Shown: piece after piece, positions 1 to 11,600 of the stretch
Numbering within the stretch: the first letter of the stretch is position 1
Layout of the letters: each line of letters starts with the position of its first letter
Assembly: GCA_002633005.1 (NCBI GenBank)
Contig: NMRA01001108.1
Location: 1-53,996 of the forward strand
DNA length: 53,996 nt
Origin: Phoronis australis
Taxonomy: Eukaryota > Animalia > Phoronida
Direction of reading: 5' to 3'
Program-made: the position numbers and the translations under genes
Notes under the pieces: generated by a model
The model's input: the letters and a program-made list of their open reading frames with translations, nothing else
What the model was told of the DNA's origin: nothing
Database searches by the model: none

Positions 1-735
1 CATTGGCATGAATAATTGTTCAAGTTACGGTATTTTGTCAATTGTTAATTACAAAACATATGTGTAAACCAATAATCTATTGGACAAAATTACTTGAAGA
101 ACTTAGGTACCCACTGAAGTGCTATAGTATACTTAGGGAACAAGTTGAAAACGTAATTGTAACTGGGCACACCGTGTCAAAGAAATTTTGTATAGGTACA
201 AAGATGAAGTGTGGTTTTTTGGCCCAGACAATAGTGCTGAATTTATTATGGAATTCGAGCACAGATTACTGGATCGTGGCGTACAGGAATAGCAACTGGA
301 AATGGGTAGCTCAAGTAAATATGAATTTTCTAGTCTTATTAAACGTGATATTGTTAGCGAGCAATATGTGAAATGTTTAAGCGTTAAATCGAGAAGAATA
401 CTTGAGCAATTTCGATGTACATGTCACTCTCTTAATAAAAAGAAAGGGAGACATATGGGTATTCCCAGAAGTGAGAGAATATGCGGCGTATGCTGTTTGG
501 GTGGAATTGAAGATGAGTCTATGTCGATGCCCTGTTCTTCGAGACCTTATTCTCTGGATAGGTTATTCCAAAAAAAAACATGGCAGTATTCAGCGCCTTG
601 CATTGTATGTTTAGAAGGCTGTAGCTTTAAGAGAAGAACTGCTGTCCGTGTAAATACTCAGAGTATACAGTACATTTGAATTTATGTATTTATGTATGAG
701 TAGGCAAAGCCTACGATGTATAATAAGTTATTAAG
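1..735 (+). mobile_element. 3' end of a non-LTR retrotransposon (frameshifted ORF2 C-terminus plus 3' UTR)
   Basis: Overlapping ORFs 42-371, 302-679 and 402-614 piece together as YWTKLL...RYPLKCY..., QFRCTCHSLNKKKGRHMGIPRSERICGVC...IEDE and CPVLRDL, the C-terminal zinc-knuckle region typical of invertebrate LINEs. A GTAGGC-AAA-GCCTAC hairpin near 699-713 and an AT-rich tail follow. Confidence 0.75.
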
Positions 736-861
736 TCTAGTAGTGAAGGTTGTTACGTCACTATTGTTTATTCAGAATTACAGAGTTTGTGGTTGGTACA
801 TGTAGTTGTCTGATGAGATGGTATTTTGGCGTTTTGTTTTGAACCCTTTTTCCACAAGTTT

Positions 862-941
862 CTTTCTATATTTGTGTTATTTCTTAAGGATCTTTAACAG
901 ACTTTCTATATTTGTGTTATTTCTTAAGGATCTTTAACAGA
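862..941. repeat. Perfect 40-bp tandem duplication
   Basis: CTTTCTATATTTGTGTTATTTCTTAAGGATCTTTAACAGA occurs at 862-901 and again at 902-941. Confidence 0.95.
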
Positions 942-1539
942 ACCAGTACAGTTGTGTAGTGTTTAGGTAGATTTAAATGGCCTTACTAAGTGTCATTGGG
1001 CAATACTTACATACAATTGTTCTGACCAATTAGTCTTTTAAAAGAAAATATATGTCTAAGATTATTGTAGAAATTGCTTTCATATTGGTGTTGATTTCCT
1101 GTGAGAGACCATTATTCTATCAATCACTAATATACACTACATTCCAAAAATAATTAGTTGGAAATGTTCAATGGATTTGTATTGCTGATTTCCCTAAAGC
1201 AATATTTTATATACTTTTGTAAGACCGATTTTGAGGTATGTGTGATAAAAGATTAATATTACAATAGAAATGCTAAAATATTGTCGTTGATTTCCTGCGT
1301 AAATTGCTACGGTTTGTAGTTGAAGTGACCTTAATGACAACATGTTGACTACGTTTTGAGAAAGTCACATATACATGTAAGTACCTGTACTATATCTCAA
1401 TCTTCTTCAATGTCACATTAAACTGGAGATCATGAACTAATGATGCAGACGAACTTAGGACCAAGACTACAAAACAGCCACAAACCAATCTGTTCATCTC
1501 TGTATCGATGTTATCAGAAAACATCAAAAAAATCCCCGT

Positions 1540-1930
1540 TTTATCAGAGCATCGATTTACACAACTTCAGGCCAATTTCTAGATCCCAGACGTTTATGAG
1601 TGGAATCTTTGAATCATCTCTTAAAGTGTTGCAGCACTCCCTTCTCTCCCCATGGTCAAACTCACCATCATTCTTTGACTTCACTGGCTATTTGTTTTTT
1701 TTTTCTTTTTCTGTCACAATTTTACAAGAAGATTCCACACTCCCTTTCATCTGCTGCAACAACTTGTTTACCCCTGGCTGACAGGCCACATGGAACAACT
1801 CCTGGGTAAGTCTTCAGTTTAGAACACCTTGTTCTCAGTGGTTTCGTCTAAAAGTAGATGTCTGTATTTCAAAACCCTGGCAAGATGTACCTTCACGTCG
1901 TGGGCAACATGTTCGTTGCAGCTCGCCTCA
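1540..1930 (-). pseudogene. Decayed C-terminus of a tyrosine-recombinase-like transposon protein
   Basis: Minus-strand fragments in different frames (AHDVKVH, RLTQELFHVACQPGVNKLLQQMKG, EKGVLQHFK, LGSRNW) resemble, in order, the GHDIRVH..YRLPE..AKVSKLL..MEKG / EK.AV..F / L..R.W motifs of metazoan YR elements. Many stops. Confidence 0.4.
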
Positions 1931-3083
1931 CAATAACAGCGAAATGAAAATAAATTCTTTTGTTAAACTAAAATTATGCTTGATTTACATGTAGTGCTCA
2001 TGGCAATTTAATGGAAATATGCTGTGTTATTGTTCAGTTTTGATACGAAAGTAACACAATGATGACGCAAAATGTGATTAATTCATTGAACCACACTTAT
2101 TTTGTTATCTTGTTAACGTTTCCAGTAAAAAGTTCATTACTGTTCGACACACCACGATGCGTTCCCGATCGCATAAACAAACACAAATTTGCGATCCCGA
2201 TCGCTTATCGTTGCGTTCTCGATCGCATCTTTCAACAGAAAAGCGTCGAAAAATCAGAGATCCTGACAAAACTACAAAAAACAAGCGTTGCGTTATATTT
2301 TCACTCGTCATTTCTTCATAACTCCATGGTCAATTTATGGATTTAGTGCCAAAAATAACGGCAATTTGCCAAAATGACATACAAATCACCCTCAGCTCAA
2401 GCGATGCCTCGGTAAACGTGACTTTTCTCCTATAATTGGAAGAGACACTATCCTAAACCTCTACCTGCCCTTCCTCAATGTGTTACGCCTTGAACTCATG
2501 TCTTTGTTTTCACATTGGAAGTAAAAACAACGAAAATTCATCAAATTTATTCACCTTGCCTTGCTTCGCTTCTCGCGCCAAATTTAGTTCTCGATCGCCT
2601 TTCGGGCGTTCTCGATCGCGGGTTGGCCGGGATGTAACCCATAGAATTAGAGAAATGATCCAGTGTTCAAACGTATCCTTGAATTAAAACTCAAGAAAGT
2701 TATTATACAACTTTAGTGGACAGCAAGATAAAAAATTTTTTGTAACTTGGAAATCTCACCCATGCGACGCTATTTGCACAGAGAGTGCTATTTTCTTATC
2801 CCAAACTCCATTCGGTCAAAATGTTGGCGGTACAGGCACGTGAAAATGTTGAACCATTACGATGAAAGTAGTTCTATATCCTCATTGCCAATAATGTTAT
2901 GTAGACAGTAACGCAGCGATTTGATATAACACAAAGAGACGGTAGCTACATATAACATTGAAATACTAACAAATAGGTCTGTGTAATATACAGTTAGATG
3001 GTCTTTTACCAAACTGAGTGAAGACTGCAGATGAGTGGCATAAACAATCAACACATGGTTTTGATGATGTGTGGTCGGTACAC

Positions 3084-3483
3084 CAGGGCCCGGTCTCCAA
3101 TCTTTTTACTCGAATTGGAACTCGAAATTAGGTTTGACATTTTCTACTCAACTTTTGGGCGAACTCAAGATAAGTGTCTATGATTCTATGCTCGAGTACA
3201 CAATAACTTACGTAGATAATTTATTGCCCTTAGTTCACAGTTTTTAAACCCAATATTAAAGCACGTTTGAACTCGAAATTTCGAGTTTTTACTCATAAGT
3301 TTGTAGCACGAATATAAGGGTCTTCAAGGGCAAACTTGAACTAGAAACTCCTATGCATAAACTATAATGTATTTGAGCACAGTCTGATAACCAATTATCT
3401 CAACTTAGCACAAAAGGAGCAGAGAAATTGCCAAAAATAGTTTCGATTTCGTTTCGAGTACAAAGATTAGAGACCGGGCCCTG
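3084..3483. mobile_element. Palindromic MITE, about 400 bp
   Basis: Left end CAGGGCCCGGTCTCCAATCTTTTTACTCGAA; reverse complement of right end CAGGGCCCGGTCTCTAATCTTTGTACTCGAA. Imperfect inverted symmetry continues about 100 bp inward. Non-coding. Confidence 0.85.
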
Positions 3484-5829
3484 AACAGCAGACAATAGAT
3501 CAACGCTAAGCTTCGCCCACGTGACAGCCATATTTGTTTTGGTCGTCTGTTGCGCTTCACAAGTTCGTAAAAATTATTAAAATTACGCTGTAAACAAACA
3601 GGTTTATCACATTTTCTAAACATGAGGTAAACATCAGCTTTATTTCTAGAACATCAACAGAAATGGGAACATAATGACCGCGCATTGTGAACGAAGTTTT
3701 ACCTCAAGTGGCAATCGATGCCCGCTCAACTTCAAAGCCGTTTTTCTCGGCTCGTGATTTCAGGGTAGTGACAAGATTCTCGGGCCTGTTTTTCCGCAAC
3801 ACGTGGGTAAATTTTTACGAAATATGCAAATTTGAAATCCTCTAGAACTGAAGAAAAATCGCGTGCCAAGGTTTTATGATACATGGACGAGATGACGGAA
3901 AGTGACCAAATGACAAAGTGGCGTGCTTGCCATAAGTCACACGCCAAAATGCCACAAAATCAAGATCATAATGATTTTGTACATACATTTGGTATGGATA
4001 AGTAGAATATTGCGTAAGGAGACAGTTGATGATAATTCCTGTGCATTTGAAAAAAATGGAGGTAAAATTGGATTTTTGAAAATTAAAAAAATACGATATA
4101 TATATAAACAAAGTACAACAAAAACTTTTTTTCGATTTTTGTCACTTTCAGAGTCATCTCTAAATAGTTAAAACCACCGTTATACTTATTATAGACAGGA
4201 ACCTGGAGATTTGACCAGTGTATACACCTCCCTTCTTCGTCTTCCTAGCTCTTGTGAGCGTGACCTATCTAATATAGTTTTATTGCATGGAAAGTGACAG
4301 CTCCATTTTGATTGGCTTAGAAAGCAGTTAATTTTAAAATCTTCAGTTTTCATTGGCTGAAAGATGTTCTATATATACTGTCGCAAAATTCGTCTTAATT
4401 TGGTACCCGCGTTCATCGTCGGTTAGAGGACTATTTCCCAGTCGTGCAACCATGCTAAATGAAAATGACTTCCAAGCTGTGAACTTACCACCAGGGTTTA
4501 CTCACAGATTCTTGGCTGTCACATTTGACCCTGTTTCTGTCTTCACTGCAACGTGAGAGCGTGCATTTTCACTTCTTCATCCCTTTGCGTAGGCCTACAT
4601 GTATATTTTGAAATCTAACAGGGAAAGGGAGTCTTTCTTCGTTCGGACAATGCTCTAGTGATACGCTCCGCTTATCGGGTATCCATATTAGTCACGAAAA
4701 GGTGTTTTCATCAATTTAGCTGCTTGATCGTTTGGCTTCAATCGCGTTTATCGCAATTAGTTTTTTCGATATAGCTGTTCAGAGGTTTTGCTTATTTCGT
4801 TGCAACCAGTGGGCCGATTTCCAAAATGCCTGTTTTAATCAATCATCATAATTTTTTGTTTGATTTTTTAGTTATTTATCAGCTGTTAGAGTTAGGAAAA
4901 ACATTAAAATGACGAGTAATGAAGATGCTAAAATGAAAACGAAGACAAAGATTCTTTCATCTGTATTTAATTTCTATAATTCTACTGTTTCGAATTTATA
5001 TCGACAATTTATTCCCAAGAAAAAAAACAAAGGATTTAGAATACCTTTTCTAAAAAAATACACTCATTTGTTGATGTTCCAAACGGTTGTCAAATTGCGA
5101 CCTTAGTTCAAAATACTACTAAAAGGGTCACAAAAGTAGGTTAAAGTTTCGTTGATTGAAAGTAGAGGAAACTATACAAATCAAAAAACCAACCTTTTAG
5201 CCTTTATGCCCTCCTGTGAAAACAATAGCCATGGGCTCGATTATTGGGTCAAAATTCCAAGTTAATGGCAGGAATCAATTTAAACATTCAAACTCCCTAT
5301 GTCACAGAATGGACATATATTATGGTTTTCGGGGCTGCTCTTTCTCAAGGCACAGTTGCTGTAGTCTAGTTGCTCAAAAGTTGACCCTCCAATGTTGTTT
5401 ACTGTAGAGTTTTCTTTTGGAAAATTATCATATGTGGTTAGGAGAACAAAATTAACTTGGTTACACTTTGTGCAAGTTTGAGCATTTTTTATTATTCAAG
5501 ATGGCGGCTTCCGCCATCTTGAATTTCGCCTCATTTCCACTTTCCGAACATGATGGTTTTTAGTGTCCTGCAATGTATCGTTTCTAATGGTTTTTGGGCT
5601 ATTATTTCATAGATGCAAGGTCAAAGTCAACGTAAAATTAGAGGTCAAACGTCATATTGAACTGAAATAAGGAAAATACACCTCTTTTTGCCGACGAAAT
5701 GTTAAATTTATGGGAAATGCGAAATAAGCATTTCTGTAATTCCATTATATCGAGGAGAAGGGATAGCTAAATACTGGAATTAGATTTCCTTCCAGCATCT
5801 AAAAAACTAAAGTTTACAGTATTTTTATA

Positions 5830-5985
5830 ATAGACGTGCGCAGGCTGCTCTGGTACGACCATTGCACTGATCACCTGGAACCATTTTTATGCTTTATTAG
5901 TTGAAACCGAGCTGAGGAGTTAGAAACCTGACTCAAGCTTCCAACAGTGTGCCTCCATGGGACTCGAACCCACAACCTTGAGTAA
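5830..5985 (-). mobile_element. tRNA-derived SINE fragment (5' head truncated)
   Basis: Minus strand reads GGTTGTGGGTTCGAGTCCCATGGAGGCAC (pol III B box in a T-arm context), followed by a SINE-core-like body. No A box visible. Confidence 0.55.
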
Positions 5986-5995
5986 AGGAGGGCAC

Positions 5996-6830
5996 TTTTT
6001 TAATGTTTATTAAGAAATCTTCAGAATACAATGAATATACATAACCCAGAAAGCGCCAAGAGGCATTAGATCTGGGTTAAAAAAATACAAAGAAGTCTAT
6101 ATACAATTATTATGCACGAGTACATAAATAAAAAAACATGTTAAGATTACAATGATATATGATTGCGAATGTAAATAATTCATTTTCATACACATGTATA
6201 CAATTCTTTCCACTCACACAAAGAGATTTAGTGTCGTATAGAAATTTTGATACTATTTCAACTAAAACCTTATTTTGATTTGGGTTGAGTTTTTCATATC
6301 CATATAGAAAAAAAAGTAATTTTGTTTCACAATAGCTGAATTTCACAATATATTTTGTAAGCGTTGGGTATTGTTCGAGTGACTGGAAAAGCTGTACCGT
6401 CTGCTCCTTGCATACCTCACAAACAAAGAAAACATGACGATATGTCTTGGTATCTCCACAGGAATACAGAGGCGAAATACCATTAAAATTATGTCTAAAT
6501 TTCTCATTGTTTAGGAATAGACCGCATCTTGATCTGTATAGTGTTATTTCATGGTTGCGAGGAAGGTTAGTTGGAATGATGTCAATGGGACTGGCACGTC
6601 TTGAGTAGGGGTGTGCATTTTATAGTTATTTTTGAGAGTGACAATTGAAGTGCTTTCTTTTATATTGAATAGTAAAGAATTCCAGTTGTCAATACAAGTT
6701 AATATCGTTGGAAGGGCACTTATCCCACTAGACCACATTGCTTCCTTGTGAATAGGAGTATGCGTGTACGTGTAATCCATACAGGTTACATACATGTATA
6801 CAAAGGCTACGATGGGCGTCACTATTCAGC
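5996..6830 (-). mobile_element. 5'-truncated CR1/L2-group LINE fragment
   Basis: Minus-strand peptides CIDNWNSLLFNIKESTSIVTLKNNYK and LFLNNEKFRHNFNGISPLYSCGDTKTYRHVFFVC match CR1-type ORF2 C-termini. The fragment ends in AATAAA plus an A-tract at 5996-6001. Confidence 0.75.
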
Positions 6831-6929
6831 CAGGTGAAAACTCATAAACTATGGCTTTTGTAACTTACTATAAATTAAACTTCCCTTACGTCTTCTGACC
6901 TCACTTGTTGAGGCCAACTGTCTGATTTG

Positions 6930-8170
6930 TTCCATTTTTTCCGAAATGCTACCATTCGACTTCTCCATTAGAGTTTTGGCGTCAACTGGCGTCTATTACG
7001 TCCCATAAACCAAGAGCACGGAGACGACAGTGTTGTCACTAGGGATTCTGATGGTGTGGGTGCCTTCTTCCACCACTTTCAACATTTGCCTATACAATGT
7101 CTGCTTCTGCATGTGTACATGTAATTACACAGTGGCTCTTTTTGACCCGCTCGATGTTGAATAGAAGGGGATAGCTGCATACACATAGAAGGTTGTTAAA
7201 CATAGTCTTATTTAGAACAGTTTCTCGGTAAAAGAGAGATGTTTGGGATAAGCAGGGCTCCCTCAACTTTTCCGCATATTATCGTCTCATGGTCCTTTGT
7301 ATAGGGATCTTTGTGGTCATGTCTTTCAAAGTGAATGTTGTTGTAACAAGCGACAGACCAGAGGGCTAGTAGAGTGCCGTCAATCTCCTGTAGATCCGTA
7401 AACACTCCAAACGACCTGGTACAAAAGCCTTAACAACAGCAATCAACACCACGCCCGAGGTAGAATGACTTGGGTCATACGCGGAGAGGTTTGATCAAAA
7501 TGGCTTTGTCACCCTCTCTGAAACTGCCGTATTTGTCGATATAGGCTGTAGGGAGTGGACTCATTAGTTCATACTTAAAGACATCAGCTACGTTACTTGT
7601 ACATTACTGTCCTACGGTTAACAGGCAGCTGAACAACGTTTCAACGCCATGTCCATCCTTTGACAGTGCAGGCTGCTTCAACAATTGCGACATTTTCACT
7701 TTTTCTCAATGGCTTTGTAACATGCACTGCTTACCGAAACTAAAGAACTGACTCATCTTCTCATGCCCAATGTCCAACTTGATCTGAACAATCAGGAATT
7801 ACTTGACGATTACAGATGTTATGGACTTCTGGTCAGTGAGCGGCTGTCTGTGGTTCTCAATGATATTATCTCCTCTGCAAACTTTCTCTAGTGGTTCTCG
7901 TCCAGATCAACTCCTTCCTTCTTTTGCTTAGTCTTTTCCTGTCACTCCACTACGTGACGTCTGCTTTTCGCCACCTTCACTCCAAATGACATATGTCCTC
8001 CATGGCAGTATCAAGGTGGGCAAACCCACTGAAACTCTCCACCCACACGGCCACTTGGTCGGCTCTCCTTAAAACGCCTTTTATAACCCCAAATTATTTT
8101 GCTTATTTGATATACGGTATGTCTGCTCTTCGAATTGGCCAGCTGGTAATGCAGTCTTGTCATCCAAGTG
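6930..8170 (-). pseudogene. Academ-type transposase / XPG-like nuclease relic
   Basis: Frameshifted motifs in the expected order: GQFEEQTY, DQVAVWVESFSGFAHL, DVFKYELMSPLPTAYIDKYGSFREGDKAIL, IHFERHDH..TKDHE, THAEAD, VEEGTHTIRIPSDNTVVSVLLVY. Confidence 0.72.
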
Positions 8171-8595
8171 TCGACAGCTGTGCACAACTTCGAGTAGAAC
8201 TTTCTTGACCTTAGGTGCTGCACACAAAGTGAACTTCAAAATAAAATTCGATAAACTTCTTGCCAGAAATGTTTGAAACTTTAGCATTTGTCGCACGTTC
8301 ATCGAATTTTTGTCGGAGTTTAAGTTGACGCTATTGCGCCGAATCTTTTATTGTTTAACTTTGAATGGATTTACGGGAAAATTGTAGAAATTACGACAAT
8401 GCTTATGGAGGCACTGTCGGATTCTAGTTGAAAAGCGTTTCCCCGTTGTTCATTTATTTTGAAAACTGTTTAACACAGCACATGTACCGTATACAATTAT
8501 GGTTACCTGCTGCGAAGAAATATGTCCTTGAAACGGGGTTGTTGAAGGAATAATCTAAGGCAGAATTATTAACCATCTCTGGAGTGTAACAGGTC

Positions 8596-8692
8596 ACCAC
8601 TCCGAGGGTCCACTACCTCCGAAAGCCCACTACTCCGAAGAAAACCAGGCTAATCCGAGGGCCCACTACGCCGAAAAAAACGTTACTACGAA
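8596..8692. repeat. Short array of about 16-bp CCACTACTCCGA-type units (subterminal-repeat-like, probable small non-autonomous element)
   Basis: Units CACCACTCCGAGGG, CCACTACCTCCGAAAG, CCACTACTCCGAAG and CCACTACGCCGAAA; an inverted unit GGAGTAGTG lies near 8971. Confidence 0.65.
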
Positions 8693-11600
8693 AGGGGTTT
8701 TTATTTTTTACTCGATCTTCCTGAATTTTCTCCCAGTTTCACGAATGAGTTATTAATTTGTTACTTACTAACAAAACAGTTATACCCACACAAAAATAAA
8801 TTTCGGACAATGAACTCCAATGGCATTTCTACCCATTTCTACTGTCTTATAGTTAACAGCTCTTGAATCGTATCTTCCTTAAAGTTCGTTTAGCGAAGAG
8901 AAAGTGTATCATATCAATGCTATAAAATAATACACATACGTTCATATTTGGAAGAGGCGTGGGCTTCATTGGAGTAGTGTTTTTATTTGAGAAGTGGACA
9001 GTAACCATATTGGAAGCTCCAGCAGCTGATGAGATGATCAGCATTTGCATGTCAGATGCTTTCTTTAGTGTGCCAGTACTTCCCTCATGAAACTCAAGAA
9101 CAAAATGTTTAGCCCACTATAGAATGCAATAATCACCATTTTGAAAATATATGTTGAAGTGCTTAATTAATAAAGTGAAAAAAATAATGACATTGAAACT
9201 AAATACCAGAAGGCTGTTAGGCAGTTTTGGCATTCGACTTCTGTTTTGACCTAGAAAATGACCCCGCATGAACAAAACATCATCAGAAATGATTTTCGCA
9301 TCACCAAAAATGGTATAAAGAATGTATTACACGACCCTGTTAGTCATCAAGTTGAAAAAACAAAGTGAGCCACAATTCAAAATGGCAGCATCCGCTATCT
9401 TGAATTACAATAAGTGCTCAAAATTGCACAAAGTGCAACCAAGCTAATATTGTTCTGATCATATTTAATAAATTTCAACAAAACAAATTGTTAGCATTGC
9501 AGGGTTCACTTTAAGGGCTATTGGCCCAGCAAATAGACTATTGAGTAATTGGCTAAAAGCGTAGTAGGTCATACTTGTCAGTTTAGCAGAATTTGAAAGG
9601 AGTTTTTAAAATTTCCTCCAAATTTCTTACGGTTGTCGCTACAGAGCATTACATGTACTTTGTTTCAGAGAACTGGATGGGTAAGTCGTTGTTAGTACAT
9701 GTATCTGTTAATAGGCCAAAACCGGGTCTAGTATTCTTTTTAAGAGAATACCAATTCCGGTTTTGTCCTAATAATAGATTTTAAAAACGACATTCTCTTT
9801 CAATTCCCTGAAATTGGATAATGCACTACAATTAAAAGTTTTGATGAAATTTTGGAATTCCTTTCGAAGTCTACGAAATGGGCGAGCATGACCCACGCTT
9901 TTAGCAATTTGCATAGCAACTGTGGAGAAAGACCACCAACTAACAACAATAATACCCAGTTTGAGACATGGGGACTATGAGTTTTTAATTGATTCTTACC
10001 TTGATCTCTGAAGATTCGCGCCAATTATGCATTAGCAGGTGACAGAACGAAGATTGAGTGAAATCGTCAAAACAGGTTTTAGTGTATTTTTAGTCCGTAC
10101 CTGGTTTTTCTTCGGAATCCTTCTGTCCGTAGCGACTACCTTCCGAATCTACTTCTCATGACATCCCCACTTTGGCATTTCTTTACAGTATTTTAAGTGC
10201 ACTTTCTCAACTTCCCCACCATTATTAAACACTCACATTTTATAACCAAAATGTATTATTGCTAGGAAGCTATAATCAACCAACGTTAAGATTGCTTGAC
10301 AACGAATAGTAAACTTTTGAACGGTTCCTCAAACCACAAATTGGTTTTCCTATTGGAGTGTATCACTATGTGTGTTTGGGCCAAGCCCAAAATTCCCACA
10401 GAAGCAAAGGTAACGCCATTTTATATATACATGTACACTTTCACAGCGTTAGTTGGATCTCCACCATAAAACCACCTTTGACTCGTTTTGACAATGCCGC
10501 CTTCACTAAAATCAATACTTTTTGTTTTTAGTAAATTAATTACTAGATTTCAAGTTTGGCAGTTATACAGCGCACCAAGTTTTCTCTGTAGGTAGACTAC
10601 ACTAAATGACAAAAGAATTAAGTCATCAACAAACAACACTAACATACCATACCAAGATATCCTATGTACACCTTAATCTTTCAGTTCATATTCCAAGTCA
10701 TTAATAAAACGAATAAACATAAATAGCGATAACTACGTGTATGTCCACTGTTCGATTCTGCTGGAACAGTCTATTTATTCGTGCATGTATAATGTGAATA
10801 TCACACTGACAAACGCAAGTTTGCACTTGGTATTACACGGATCAAAGTATTAGGTACGTTCCTCCTCAATCTTGTGACGTCTCTGCTTGAAAAATAAATA
10901 TGTTCCCTATAAGTACAATCAAACGCACACTTGAAATAGGACCGCAAAACAAATCTAGTTTTCTGATTCGTTGCGTACATGTATAAAGTAATTAAGGTAT
11001 CAAACACAAAATCATGACCTATCATGCTAAAATTGCTTGAAATACAGCTTGAGACTTACTAATGATTACTTTCCGCCGATTTTGAAATTTAAAACAAAGT
11101 ATCCTTTCTAAAAAATTTCTTCCAATTTGAATTATAGTCCGATTACCTCTCGTCGTCAGTCTTCAAAGGTCGTCCGCCATCTTGTTTCGCGTGCAGCGCT
11201 GCCACGCGGGACTTAGCGTTCCAATTTGGAACGCTTGTCTGCACGTTAGGTACTAACCTCTCGGGAGAAACACGCGTGGAAGAACTGAGACTAAAATTAA
11301 TGCATTTACCAACTGTTTTTTTGAGACCACTTAAAAACTTGTTGATTTTACTAATGCACTTTTTTGTTCATTTTCAGAAGATATTTTCGAAATTAAATTT
11401 TCTTCAGACGGAACAAAAAGCAACCCAGGGATTGTTTATGCAATGTATCTATTTGTCCCAGGCACTAACCGACATCTGTTAGGCCAAAGGAAAAACGCAG
11501 CAGACAAATGGAACACGCTGGGTGCTTAACAGTTTCGGCCCACGCCTTGGTCATCAAAATATTGTTCACTTGTTTTTTTATTGCAAAACACAGTACTGAA

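Larger units (their letters stand above)
5362..9540 (-). mobile_element. Academ-like DNA transposon, internally deleted, with nested SINE, LINE and repeat insertions
   Basis: Imperfect TIRs of about 165 bp (TAGTCTAGTTGCT... at 5362; ...AGCAAATAGACTA at 9540), both carrying the CAA(G/A)ATGGC..GC(C/T)ATCTTGAAT palindrome. Flanks CTG/TTG fit a 3-bp TSD with one mismatch. Transposase relic inside. Confidence 0.8.
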
